Counted from the first letter of the stretch, positions 1 to 60,839 are shown. The stretch is DNA of 64,000 bases from Raja brachyura (GCA_963514005.1 OY740813.1:9548001-9612000), one strand, 5' to 3'. Notes: generated by a model not told the origin, from the letters alone. A program made the numbers and translations.

Positions 1-64
1 TTTTCAGTGTGCCTGTACTCTTACACAATTTCAAGTCAACAAAAATAAGGGTAGCTAATATTAA

Positions 65-620
65 AAGCCATAGAGCATTTAAACAGGCCCTCCGGTCTAA
101 CTTGTCCAAGCCAACCGAGATGTCCATCTGAAATAATCCAATTTGCCTGTTTGACCCGTATCTTCCTGAACCTTTCCTATCCATATACCTGTCCAAATGT
201 CTTTTAAATGTTATCATTGTACCTGTCTTAGCTATTTGCTCTGGCCATATACATACTACACTGTGTGGTAAAAATTGCCACTCGGGTTCCTATTAAATCT
301 TTTCCTTCTCACCTCAAATCTATATCTCTAGTTCTTGATTCCTCTATACTGGGAAAAATACTGTGCAGTTACCTTATCTCCACCCCTCTTGATTTCAGAT
401 ATCTCTAAGGGATAAACTCTAAAGGGATAATGTCCAAGACCACCCAACTTCTCCTTATAACTCATCAGTTCCTTGAATCCCGGCAACATCCTTGTAAATC
501 TTTCCATCTGAATGGCATATTTTCTGTAGCAGGCTGACCAACGCTAAATACCTCAAGGGCAGCCTCACCAATGCTTCATACAACTGCCACATCCCAACCG
601 TTGCACTTAATGCCCTGAAT
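65..620 (-). mobile_element. Degraded CR1 LINE 3' fragment
   Basis: Reverse-complement similarity to the other CR1 3' regions (acctttcctatccatatacctgtccaaatgtcttttaaatg). Confidence 0.7.
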
Positions 621-1053
621 ATCCAGGCAGGGATTTGGATTTGCTCTATATACCTTCCATTGTTTCTCGAGACATAATAATGTCCAACATGGAAAGGATG
701 TTGAGGACTTACATTTCCTTACTTCCCCAATAACACACCAATCAGATGAAAGATGCTAATCAAAATTGATTTTTTTTAAAATATTAATCTCTTGTGCCAA
801 TCACATCTTGCAAGAAATGTCTTACATGCCCTCCCATCACCAAACACCTAGACCGAATGTGGCCACAATACCCTCCATAGCCATCTGTATCCAAAAAACA
901 CCCATGTCCGAACTGCAATCTTCTGATTCATTATACTTTGCAAGATTTTTTTTAATACAGACAATTGCAGCCATTAGCAAAGCCAATGAAATGAAACTAT
1001 CGATTTAATGTCAAAATCTAAAAATGTGGGCAATATTATGTAGATCCACTTAC

Positions 1054-47704
<46,651 letters not shown>

Positions 47705-48815
47705 TTTCTGTTACAGGCATAAAAATACATATTAAAAATTGATTTTAGAAATAGGTGAAGACAACGTTAAAAAGCCATCTCAAACATTTCAACTAATAGT
47801 CAACTCCATCCCTGTAATTAAAGCATCCCCCCCCCCCATGTAATTGACTTAAAAACATATAGAACCAGAGCAAGCTTCGTCAAGTTACAATAAATTATTC
47901 AATATGGAATGTTTTGTGAGTAGCATTGTCAGAACTATTGATGGATTTCAAACTCTTTATAGTATACATTTTCTATTACTGTAACCTAATGTATGGATGA
48001 TTGATAAAACATTTAGGGAATTCATCACCATAAAAATCCAGCACCAGAACACTCAAGATCTCACCTGACGAAAAGCCAAGAAGAAACTCCAAAATAGAGA
48101 AGGAACACTTTACAACATCTCCTCAAGCAAAGAGAGCCACTGATGGAAGGATCCATGTATTCATCCCGCAGAACACTACCACAATCTCAATAGGTCAATA
48201 TTACTACAGGTCAGCAAGAGAATGATAAAGCCATCCATCAGCTGAAAAATATCGAGGCTACTAGACAAACAAAATCTGGTGAATTACCGCAACATAATAT
48301 GCAGCACAGAATCAGACCATGTTTCTGCCTTTGGATCTCAATTGAGTACACATGATCACTCTAATCTCCAATATCAGTAACCTACTTCACAAATGCATAA
48401 AAATGGGTCGGCCTCACATTGTACAACAACCACCAGTTCCCCACTGTGCTCTTCTTCTACCTCTATACCCCCAACCCACCGAGACAATAATCAACATCCA
48501 TGGGAACAACGGTTACTCAGTATTCATTCTACACAAAAAAGAAAATTCTCACCAGGTCAGCAATGTTTTGCAGCACTTTCACAAAAGCGAGTGACATCAG
48601 GCTTTGTATTACCACTATCACCAGTGGTGCAGCTAGCACAGTTCCAGGGTCCCAGGTTCTATTTTGACCACCAGTGCATCCGTGTTAGGTTTGCACATTC
48701 TCTCTATGATTTTATGGGTATCCTATGAGTTCTCTGTTTTGCTTCCACATCCCAAAAATGTAAAGGGTTGTAGATTAATTGTTAATTAATCCCTTAGCAC
48801 ACAGGCAAGTGATCA

Positions 48816-49980
48816 GGGCGGCACAGTGGCACAGCAGTAGAGTTGCTGCTTTATATGGCAGTGACTTGGATAGGCTGGGTGAGTGGGCAAATGTTTGGCA
48901 GATGCAGTATAATGTGGATAAATGTGAGGTTATCCACTTTGGTGGCAAAAATAGGAAAGCAGACTATTATCTAAATGGTGGCCGATTAGGAAAAGGGGAG
49001 ATGCAACGCAACCTGGGTGTCATGGTACACCAGTCATTGAAAGTAGGCATGCAGGTGCAGCAGGCAGTGAAGAAAGCAAATGGTATGTTAGTTTTCATAG
49101 CAAAAGGATTTGAGTATAGGAGCAGGGAGGTTCTACTGCAGTTGTATAGGGTCTTGGTGAGACCACACCTGGAGTATTGCGTACAGTTCTAGTCTCCAAA
49201 TCTGAGGAAGGACATTATTGCCATAGGGGGAGTGTAGAGAAGGTTAACCAGACTGATTCCTGGGATGTCAGGACTGTCTTATGAACAAAGACTGCATAGA
49301 CTCGGTTTATACTCTCTAGAATTTAGGAGATTGAGAGGGGATCTTATAGAAACTTACAAAATTCTTAAGGGGTTGGACAGGCTAGATGCAGGAAGATTGT
49401 TCCCGATGTTGGGGAGGTCCAGGACAAGGGGTCACAGCTTAAGGATAAGGGGGAAATCCTTTAGGACCGAGATGAGAAGGACTTTTTTCACACAGAGAGT
49501 GGTGGGTCTCTGGAACTCTCTGCCACAGAGGGTAGTTGAGGCCAGTTCGTTGGCTATATTTAAGAGGGAGTTAGATGTGGCCCTTGTGGCTAAGGGGATC
49601 AGAGGGTATGGAGAGAAGGCAGGTACGGGATACTGAGTTGGATGATCAGCCATGATCATATTGAATGGCCGTGCAGGCTCGAAGGGCCGAATGGCCTACT
49701 CCTGCACCTAATTTCTATGTTTCTATAGCGCCAGAGACCCAGGTTTGATCCAGACTATGGGTGCTGCCTGTCTGGAGTTAGTATGTTTTCTCTGTGACCA
49801 AGAGGGATTTCTCCAGGTGCGCTGGATTCCTCACACATTCCAAAGACGGGCAAGTTTGTAGATTAGATGGCTTCTGTAAATTGTCTCTAGTATGTAGAAT
49901 AGAACTAGTGTATGGTTGATCGTTGGTCAGTGCGAACTCAGTGGGCCAAAGAATCGGTTTCCACGCTATCTCTCTAAACT
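48816..49980 (+). mobile_element. tRNA-derived V-domain SINE (HE1-like), split by a CR1 insertion
   Basis: Head gggcggcacagtggcacagcagtagagttgctgc resumes after the LINE as gcgccagagacccagg...ggagttagtatgttttctctgtg...; tail tctctaaact; colinear with the copy at 17845. Confidence 0.8.
48856..49727 (+). mobile_element. Young 5'-truncated CR1 LINE nested in a SINE
   Basis: DLDRLGEWANVWQMQYNVDKCEV...LVRPHLEYCVQF...TRGHSLRI...WNSLP; tail tttctatgtttctat. Confidence 0.92.
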
Positions 49981-52900
49981 GCTAGAATCTGCTGGGGATG
50001 TGCACAGAATAAAATAGGATTACAGTTGGAGCGAGTGCAATTAGCTGCTTGAAGTCAAGGCTGAAGGGCCTCTTGCCATACTGTGTTACCAAGCCACATT
50101 GTCACCAAAACTAGCAAGCTATTTGTTCATTACTCAAAGCTATACGGACAGAAATTTCTTCCAATTAAAAGACTGCGCAGGCCAAAGTGGCTGTCTCACA
50201 TAAGCAGTGCGTGCAATCTTTGGTCCAAAATGAGCTTCAAAGCCATTACTGCCCATTTCTACATCCATGTTCATCTCAGCATAATTTGTATATTTAGTCA
50301 ACTAAACCTCAAATCCATTTTAACAGGTGTAAAATAACCACAGGTGACTCACAATTCTGTGTGTTAGTTCAATCTGTCCCCCTTTCCCATTGTTAGACTG
50401 CCTACTGGGCACTTATCTCAACAAGAGGGTGGTCATTTGAGCAAGTTATAGAATGCATGGAATTCTACCTTACCAGAGGGGCGGACATGGGGGAAAAAAT
50501 GCTCAGAAAAAAGTAGCAAAATACCATGCCAGCATTCACAAGACAATAAATAACTAAATGATTTGGAAAAGTAATGACGAAAATCCACTGTAGCAGTCAG
50601 AACATTGTTAATTGAGGAAACAAAAGCAATTGTTCAAACACTGGAAACAATGTTCGCTGGTAATTTAAAATATATTCTTAGTCAGCAATTCAAAAAGCTG
50701 AAAATGTAGGAATCTCTCCAACATTCCTATAGCTGATTCGTACAGAGCTTCAAATGTTTATGACAAGTCTCCTCTGCCCTCTCTGCTATCACCCCACAAA
50801 CTGTACACATTCTGATGGAGTGTGTAAAATTCAACAGCTACTATCTAATCACAGACCCAATGCAGTAAAACTCTGATAATCTTTATTTGACTGTTTGGAA
50901 ATTCTGATGAATCTGCATCTGAATCACCAGGTCATGTTTCCTGTGTTCCCTTGAAACTTACCAGGTCCCCACTTCCCATACTCCCTTTAAACTTACTGGG
51001 TTCATTGGAAAAAGTAATATACTGTGTAACATTTAAAGAAGCGAATTAAGAGTCCATTGGCATTACTGTATTATTGGGGATAACATCCAATGCTTCAGAA
51101 AATCCCCCAGTCTAGAAAGTCATGGAGTTATACTGTAATTAGAGAAGAGGGAAACATTTGAAAGAAATTAAAAGAAAGGCTTTTAATGTTGCACTACGAC
51201 TGCATACAATCATGCAGAATAACCCACAGTGCAAAAAGGAATTTATGGTTGAAGTTCCAAACACCAAGATTATCAGGGTCCCAATTGTATTTGGCAATCA
51301 CAAATATTTATGTAATTACTTCAAAAGCAAACAGAAATATATATGTATATGTATATATACACATACAAATATACACACAACACATTCTACCACAACAACA
51401 TTAGCAGTAGGGAACAATTCTGCACCTTCCACCCTGCAGAATACAGAGATAGATTATAGGTTCAGCAGACGAGCACTTTTTAAATCTCATGACTACTGCA
51501 AAAGAGATAACTCCCTTTGTTGTTCCTAATCTGAATCTATCCATTTAATGCTAGACAGAATCATTAGTCTTTGTGCTTAAAATTCCATTCTAATTTGATT
51601 AAAGATGGTGTCATGTAGTCAAAATAATTCTCACAGTCCAAATTCACAACAGCATGGTCCAATTTAATCATAGTATCTGGCAAGTTCAGAGACCAATTGT
51701 TATGTAGATCGAGCCTTTGGCAAATTCCCTCTGGAAACAAAATGTGGTCTTATAGATCATGATTTGCTTGTGATCAAATAGAACATTGCAGATTGATTGC
51801 ATTTCTGGAGAGAAATCCAACAATAAATTCCTCACATATCAGAAGGCATTCTTTGCCAGAATTAACTAGATAAGAATGCCAGTTATTTGAGAATCATGTT
51901 ATTTTATATTGTTTAATAAATTTAGTTTGCATATATTACAATTCATTATGTTACATTCCTACAAAACAATTGAACATTCTTAGCTGTGTAGTTTATATGA
52001 TGTATTATTAAAACAATTACTCCTGGGATAACATCCAGCATTTCTGCTGAACAGCTGATATCAGTTGTACTCTGCATTGCCGGCCCTTATTCTTCCCAGA
52101 GTAGAGAAACACTGACAATTTACTAAGTGAATGCCACAGAAATTATTCAGGATCAGGCTCTGTAAATGGTTAACTGTTTGATATTTCTGAGGCTCTCAAT
52201 ACATATGAAAACAGTACTGAAAAAAAAAACTAGTCCTAAAGCATATATATTACTTTAATAAAAGCCGACAAGTAGCCAAGCTTGTCTCCAACCCACACAA
52301 TCCTCCACTCCAAATCTCAAGGGGGCATTTGCTGATGTGCAATACTGCACACCAGCTGCTCAGGAATAAGACACTCCCATTGCATCGTGGCCCAGTCTGA
52401 TAACGCAAATCAGCAACTTGCTAGAATATTCTATCCAGTATGATTAAATTACGTGAAACTGAATGATCAATAGATAACAGTAGAATGGAATAACTGTTCC
52501 ATACCTCATTTACGGAAGGTGGTCATTAATTTACGACTGCAGTTACCAAGCACTTGTCATTAGTACAACAGATAGTTACTGCTGCCAGCTTAATTTTTTT
52601 TATTTCCACACTTGCTTCATTACTGTTATATTCTTACAAAAAGACAACAGTACAATTACATTCAATATAATAAAAGCTTCAGCTGTGCACTGGAAATATA
52701 TATATAAACATACAACCAAACCAAGATCATATATATTATGTTATTTTATTTCCACATTTTAAAACCATGAGGTAGTCAACAATTTCTATAATGCCAGGGG
52801 CAAAAATACATGTTATTTGAAAAGAGAAGTCATGTCTCAGCATCATTGCTCAACAGCATCACTTGCACACTTTGATGGACTGCATTCCCTTACATCGACA

Positions 52901-54418
52901 CAAACCAGCAACCAAACGATGGCCAAAATTATCACTCCATGGTCATGCCATAATTTAAAATGATCATCATTTGCAGCAAGAGTATTCAGAAAGCTATGGG
53001 GAACAGATGCAGGGACAAAATAAGTCAATTTTTTTTTTTTTTTTTTAAATCACCAAACAGTCTGCCCAAGAAATTCATGCTTCTTAGTGTATGAAGAGTT
53101 TATAAAAGCATTGAAAAAGAAATGGAGCAAAACATCTACCTGCCTTTCATGTGCATAAGCAAAGAATGGGCTGCAGTCAGTGATAACTAAATTTTGAAGA
53201 AATAATTTTAAAATCCGGTTTAATATTCAGACTGAGAATAAAAAGTGGGCTTGACAGAGTAAAACTAATCAACTTATTCACGAGCCAAATTAATATCAGA
53301 AAGCTCAAGTGAACAGAAATAAATAAAAGTTTCACACGTAGAACGTATTTTGTGCAAGCTTTGTTTTTCAAAAAGACAACCAAGATTAAAAGATTAATCC
53401 TACATAGCATACTCAGGTCTTTCTATAACAGTTTGAGAGAAACATTAATATCTGCCATATAAACTTATAATTAAGGTTAAATTAATTTATAGTAACATAA
53501 ATACTTCCATAAAAAAAGGTTCCTTGAGAGAATGATTATAAATAATATAAATATTACTTTTTAAGTTAATTTAAAAGCTTGTTGAATGATAACCTTGTAG
53601 GATATCTTTAAGAAACATTATCCAAGGTAGGACTATGATACTAAGGTAGGACGTTAGTTTCTATACAATTACCCTTGCAAAAAAAATGTACAAGTTAGCT
53701 GCCAATATTTCAACTGAGAATTTTTGTTGTAAATAGTAATTAATTGAAGAAAGGCAGTTAGAAGAACAGTTCTAAGAGCAAATAAAAATGCAAATGAGAC
53801 TCCAAATCATTAAGGAATTCCGTTATATCAGTCGGAGGTAAAATGCAACTGTCAAAGCATGCTGCATGCGTCACCCAATTTATTGCTCTTGTAATCATGT
53901 CCATGTTACTGGAGTACATACCAATTAACAGTCAGTCAATCACACTATATTCCACAAATACACAATACCTGCAGTTTGGTTTTACGGAATGAAGACATGA
54001 TGAGCGGTGCTGTTTGGTAAGCAGAATATCTGCTAAATAATTATAAAACAATTCACACAAAATGCATTCTGCATAAAGATCGGATATTTCAATATAAAAA
54101 GTGTTATTGTTAAATTCTTTGTATTTGTTTCTCTTAACTTCAACACTGAACCAAAAAGGCAATTGTATTCAGGCCTCCTCAAACACAAGGTAGTTTTGTA
54201 ATTTGTATTTAGGCAACCGCATTCAATTCCAAATTCTATTTCGATTAGAAATGGTGGGTTTGCTCAGTTCTAATTTCTTCCATGAAAACCATCATTATTT
54301 AGATTATTAGCAATGGAACTTTTTTTTTTTTTTTTTGTTTTAAGTCATTTAATTTAAAACTGTGGCGGCACATTTTTATAACCTTAAATAAAATTAGGAT
54401 ATTCAAATTGCATTCCAA

Positions 54419-54520
54419 TCGAAAAATCTGAAGAAGGGTCTCGACCCGAAACGTCATCCATTCCTTCTCTCCAGAGATGCTACCTGTCCCGCTGAGCTAC
54501 TCCAGCGTTTTGTGTCTATC
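54419..54520 (+). mobile_element. Penelope-like short repeat with an intact minimal hammerhead motif
   Basis: CTGAAGA-A-GGGTC.TC.GACCC-GAAACGTC at 54428-54455; 11-bp TSD TTGCATTCCAA at 54408-54418 and 54521-54531. Confidence 0.8.
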
Positions 54521-56759
54521 TTGCATTCCAACACAACTGGTAAAGCAATAACTAACTCCACCCTGACCTTGTTTTTGATGCAGTATACAAAACACATTCA
54601 CTGCAAAATCTTCTACTAGCTTCCAATTGCATAACCTTTGCATAAATCTTCAACTTTATGTAATCTTTGAGCATTTATTCTAGTGCACGCCCTCTTACAA
54701 AAATGTGGCAATTAAAAACATTGTGTATCAGACTGATTCTATACCTCTCCCCCTCCCCCCCCCCAATAAATGATCTAACCGTAGCATCAGTATTTTATTT
54801 ATGTAGTTAAATCCATGTCAAATCCTCATACAGAAAAAAATTATTCTGCAACAGCTCAAACCTCCCCCCCCCCATCTTCTTTAACTATGCAGTATGTTTA
54901 TATGTATATATGTTTATAAATATGATACATTTGAACATTTGAACGAAATACCAATAATAACAACATGATGCACTGCTTTAATTACCGTCCTCACCTGGAA
55001 GATATCCTGCCACACCACCAATTGGACTTTTCACCATTATGCAATTTTAACCTATTGCCCCAACTAAAATATTTTCCCCTCCCTGTATACGTTTGAGATA
55101 ATTAAATTTAGATTACACATTGGCAGCACTGCAAAACACACAAGAGGATTTTTAATAAATTGTACTCCAGGAAAGAGCTAGGAATCCCTTGCACACATCT
55201 TCCAAATTTAATCTGAATGGCCAATCAATCTATTATTCCTACAGAATGGGTCACTGTTTCACATTAGATTACACATTATTGGATCGTGCCTTTATACAGT
55301 TGCATTCCAACAAATAAATTCATAATATACATGACAGATTAATGTAATAACTGTGATAAAATACTTTCAAAAAAATAAGCATTGACAATTTGCTTAAATC
55401 ATCAAAAATCCAGCAGAATGGAATAAATTCTGGCATGTCCATTTTTAAAAAGTATATTAACAATTTGTCTTTGCGGAGGCCAGGTTTCTTTAGTTTCATG
55501 TTTCCATGAAATTAACGAAAAGAAAACAATTGTTAAAATCATGTTAACTAACTAAACCTTTGCATTAAACAAATGAAATGGTCCTGGAACAGAAATGATA
55601 ACATTCACACAACTCCTGCTTCCAGTACCACTCAGCCTTCCATAATTTTATGGCCATAAAACCGCTTTCATTACAACATCACATTTTGATTTGGATTCAC
55701 TGTAACATGCTCCTGGATATAGTTAATTCTTGGGGAAAAGCATTGCATTCCTCAACTGTTGCTAGAGGAATCGCCCTGACATCTGTTATTGGGAATCTAA
55801 ATGAACCAGTTTTCAAGCTGTTCTGTTAATTAATGTGGGATTATTTTAAGGTCCATTTTGTCGCAATAAAGTATTTTAAATCCCTCCCCTCCCCCCCCCC
55901 CCCCCCCACTTAATTTCCAGAAATAGTTTCATGTCATGGATTTTATGAACACCGAACAATGAATTAGCTATTCTAATACATTTTCTCTTCCTGTCGGGCC
56001 ATTCGCCAAATCCATTTATTTCTATCAAATTATGTACTCCCCATTCATTCAATCCAAGATCATCTGCCAACCTATTTGAGAGAATACATCTATGTTTTCC
56101 TCTTCCTTCTACCACCCACCGCTCTCCTCTGACCTTCCTTCCCTGGAAGAAGAATTCCACATTGCCACAATGAAGACGAGCCCTCTCCCCAAGACTACCT
56201 CTGGACCGATTCCTCTCATCTATGGATATTTATATTCTAGATATGTTCTCTGACCTTGCTGCGGTCGAAACCGCAGGAAACCCATCCCCGCAGCCATTTT
56301 AAAGCTCATTGTGATTGAAAACACCAAAAACCAGGGGGGAGAAAAGCCATGTTTAACATTATCTTAAACATGCCGTACAATTGTATGCAACAGCACATAG
56401 GAAAAAAAAAATCTGAAAATGCGCAGCCGCGGGGAACAGAAATATTTTACATATTTTTGAAAAAATACTCCAGATGTCAGATATACAGATTCAGTTCAAT
56501 TATTCAGTTCAATAATTACAGTTCAAATGTATATATTAAAATTCCTCGCTCCTTAGACCGGAGACAACGCCCGATAACCATGTTGACTGCAAACCCTTCT
56601 CCCATATCAGTCAAAACAAAATGCAAAATCAAACAGAAATTTGATGTTTTACCTCAATAGTTTATTCAAATGATTTCTCAACAACCACACTTAAAATATG
56701 AATATATATAAGTAGATATTACGCAGGTTGAATAAAAACGGAGCATTGAAATGGATAAA

Positions 56760-57350
56760 TTACCGACTTTAAACCATCATATTTCCAGATAAATGTAAAA
56801 CATACCAAAACCCTTCCTTCGCTCGCTCGCTCGCCGATCGCTGCAGACTGTCGCCCTCCGAGCTCGCTCCAGCCTCTTTTACCGACCGCGATGATGATGT
56901 CACTGTTCTGCAGCAAGGAAACGAACAAACCCGAGCACCTTCGGCCAATTCCGTCAAGCGGGCGCGGCAGCTACTTCGGCACTTTCCGTCATCGGGGTGA
57001 GGCGCCTGCTTCGGCGAGCTCCGCTGTCGCCCAAACACTGCACCGCTCCAATCCTCTCAAGGTCAAGAATGTTTTTGAATGTTGGGGTGTTTAGCAGAAA
57101 GATCAAAAGCTAGATTCGCTCCGAACAGCCTCGGTGAATTCCGCATATCCTCTGCGGCGTTGCATCGGCAACCACGCACCATTCCGAATTAACATTTACC
57201 GAAATCATCTCTTCGAAGTAATAGATTATACGCGAAGGGTTTTTATTTTGTTCAAGCACTGTCGGTGACATCAGAAAGACCATATGTGCCAATGTGCATT
57301 TCTAATTGGCCCGAGAAAACGATACTAGAATACGAATACTTTGCATGCCT
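56760..57350 (-). promoter_or_regulatory. CpG-rich probable SPTAN1 promoter and non-coding exon 1
   Basis: The main non-repeat CpG-dense segment, about 9 kb upstream of the ATG exon. Candidate donors TTG|gtatgt (exon edge 56806) and TCG|gtaatt (56764). CCAAT on the minus strand at 57305-57309. The TSS cannot be determined from sequence. Confidence 0.65.
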
Positions 57351-57749
57351 CGAATTCTTCTTTTATAAATATGGCATTTATTGCCTATTTAAGAAGTGGG
57401 TGGTGAACTACTCTTAACAACTGGGTACTCTCACAATAGTATGAAGTGGGACGTTCAAAGTAAATTTACAACGATATTTGGTAAGGGAAAACTGGGACAC
57501 AGATTAAATGACATAGGGGCGTGTGCAAGCCTATACATTTACAGCTATTCTGATGGGAGAATATTTAGGGATGCAAGTAATAAAACCCCATGTGGGTTTT
57601 AGAAGACAACACATATTCACGTAGTCGCCCCAAGCACATGTAACCTTGCTCCCTTCTTAGACATGTAACCCGACTGTCTAAGAAGGGAGCAAGCAAGGCA
57701 AAAAAAAAAGTGGTGGAGAAACTCAGCGGGTGCGATTTCCGTGCTTGGT

Positions 57750-58545
57750 AAGACTTTAGCTTCCATTATTAAGGATGAGGTTTCAGGGTACTTTGCCTGA
57801 CAAATCTTGGAGTTATTTGAGGAAGTAACAAGCAACATAGACAAAGGAGATTGTATGGATTTTATTTACTTTGATTTTCAGAAGGCCTTTGACCAGCCGC
57901 AGTCCGAGAGGCTGCTAAACAAGATTGGAGGCCATGGTATTCGAGGCAAGGTATTAGCATGGAAGGAAGATTAGCTGACTGCATATGGCAAGGAGTGGGA
58001 TGAAAGGAGGTCTTTTCTGGTTGGGGACCAGTGACTAATGGCTGAAGAAGGGTCTCGACCCGAAACATCACCCATTCCTACTCTCCAGAGATGCTGCCTG
58101 TCCCGCTGAGTTACTCCAGCTTTTTGTGTCTATCTTCTGTTTAAGCCATCATCTGCAGTTCCTTCCTACCACTACTTCTCACACTCTATATGAATGATCT
58201 GGATGTTGGAATTGCATGGGATGATACAAAGATAAGTGGAGGGCAAGTAGTATTGAGGAAGCAGGGAGGCTGCAGAAGGACTTTGACAATTTGAGAGTGG
58301 GCATTTTTGGTAGTAGGAATAAAGGAGTAGGCCATTTTCTAAATGGAGAAAGGATTCAGAAATTGGAGTAATAAAGGAACTTGAAAGTGTAGGATTCCCA
58401 AAACTTTAATTTGCATGTTGAGTCGGTATTAAGGAGGTTATACGTTGTTTTTAGTAGAAGAAGAATCTAGGACCAGAAGGCACAGCCTCAGAATAAAAGC
58501 ACATTTGATGGATTGAATGGCCCAATTCTGCTCTGTCTTATGATC
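57750..58545 (+). mobile_element. Degraded CR1 RT fragment with an inserted Penelope-like repeat
   Basis: tgcctgacaaatcttggagttatttgagga, tacttt gattttcagaaggcctttga (DFQKAFD), gatgatacaaagataagtgg. Confidence 0.7.
58041..58168 (+). mobile_element. Penelope-like short repeat, hammerhead-like motif
   Basis: ctgaagaagggtctcgacccgaaacatc...ccagagatgctgcctgtcccgctgagttactccagc. Confidence 0.75.
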
Positions 58546-60839
58546 TGAAGAACAATGTAGCCAACAAGCTACATGTTTAGTGTAGAATCTAATGCAGAAA
58601 ATACTACAGCCAAATTATTCACAGCTAAATCTGATAAAGATGACAAATAACCAGAGAGAAATATCGACCAGAGGTCCAGAGAGAAATCCTATCACAATGG
58701 GAGTTGTACAAGGTAATACATCTCAGCTGCTGCTACAAGAGTCCCTCAGCAGTCTAGGATAATGAATAGTCCCAGTTACCTCCCCAACTACTGAAAAGTT
58801 ACCTCCCCAGATGCTGCCTCATCTGCAGAGTTCCTCTAGCATTTTGTGTTTTGCTCAAGATTCCAGCACCTGCAGTTTCTTGTCTTTCCAGTCTTGGACA
58901 ATGAACTAATCTGTCAACACGCTACACTCACTCCCCCTATTTTATTTTATTCCTTTCAAGTAGTGGTACTCGGGTTAATAACATTTCCCCTTTAAATAAG
59001 GCTGATTTTTCTACCACATGCAATTCTGTCCCAAACCTAATCACGCAATCCTATGTATTGTGCACACTGCACCAAATATCTGCAGAGCCCACAATACCAC
59101 CGTTCCACCAGGAAAGGCTCTGGAAAATGCAGTTAAAAATTTGGCAGGTGTTCAAATTACTCAGCATTTTTTTTTGTCGCCAGTATTGGCAAAGCTATTT
59201 TTCTTAAAAAGATCGAATTATTTTGTCTAATACTACAAAAAGATGCATTATTTGGAAACAAAAAAAAGTTGTACTTTTTTCTACTCCAAAGTCAGATTTC
59301 CTATTTAGCACTTGTTTACCTGTGCTATCAAGCATGCACATTGCTGTGATCATTCTTATTCTCCCAAAGGACATACTTTTCAGTCACTTCCCTCATATTT
59401 CTCTTCCATATTAGTTTTAGGGTATTAAACAATCATGTGCAAATCAACATCTGCAGTGATTCTGTACCTTCATTCAAAAAATGTTTTTTTTTTTTTTAAC
59501 TCAAATGGGCTCAGAATAATCAAGCAGGGTCAAGGACTTTCCCCCACTAAATTTCCCCTCCTGCCGAGGACTTACGCAGTGAATGCTTGGGGCAAGGAAC
59601 TGTTTCACCTCTCCGTCAATTTTAATGTTAAATTTACTTCTTACCCCCCCCCCCCCCCCGAATGGAATATCTCACCCCAGTTCCAACCTATGCCATGTTG
59701 TCACCTTCTCCCTCCCCCTTAACTTCCTCCTCCCCGACACCAAGTGGGCAGTCCTCGCAGAAGACTCACGTTCGTACCCATGCACCCCGAGTTTTGGGTC
59801 TAACAAGATGTTGAGTTCTGCTGTCACTGTCTTTGTGACTATTCTTTGATTTCAAAAAATGTGCCAGTTTTCATTGATGGGTCAGCAATAGAAGCAGCAG
59901 GTTCAAATTCCTGGGCATTAACATCTCAAGATGAACTGTTCGGGGACCAACACAAAAATCATACTAACTGTTCATGTTAATAAACTCAACTTGACTATTT
60001 CTTCAGCATGGAATCCTCACCCCTTGCCGAGAAGCTAATTCTATGTCTCCAGCTCTCCCCTTCCACCTGGACAACCCTCGCCTGGCCTCTTACCCTCTCT
60101 TGACTTTTAATTTCAAATTACCAATGTAACATTGACAACCGCAACTTCTCCACACCTTCCCACTTTCCAACCTCACTCCATCTGAATGTCACCTCCCCCA
60201 GCCCATCATTGGCTCATCATTCCACAAACTGAATAATCCCACCACTACCAGTCTCCAACACTCTCCCAGTCTCTCCCTATCACTTTGATATATTGACTAC
60301 CTTGCCTCTAATTTGAGTTCTGATGCAGTCTGACATCCATCCAACTTGAAACTGACATCCATTCACTCCACAGATGGCACTTTATCCCCCAAGGGCTTCA
60401 AAAGGTTCAGGAGTGTTCGACATATGAACTGAACAACAAAATTCTTACTTATTGCAGCTTTATAGGAGCATTAGTTAACAAAAGAGAAATACAATAAATC
60501 AGTTACTCTCAATACAATAAACCGACCAAGATAGTGCAAAGACCAAAAAAACACATTTTGATATAAACTTAAATAAATTAGATCAGAAACCTCTAGATGC
60601 AATTAAGACAATTACAATAGATTGACATAATTCACAGCAAAGGTCTTTAAGCAGTAATCAGCTAGAAACCCAGTTGATACTTCTCATTCTCAGCCAAGAA
60701 AGGAGTGGGATTAAGTTATTGCACTCCTCTTATAGCATATGGGATAATCTCCATCCTTGTCCTCCTTGACCAACCAGCAGACTGTTAGTTGATCATATTA
60801 TCCTCCTGACAATCTTATCTTAATCACTGAGGCCAACAT

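Noticed and set aside
56262-56279. Hairpin ctgcggt-cgaa-accgcag
   Set aside because: Only a 7-bp stem, with no ribozyme core or tRNA context; expected by chance.
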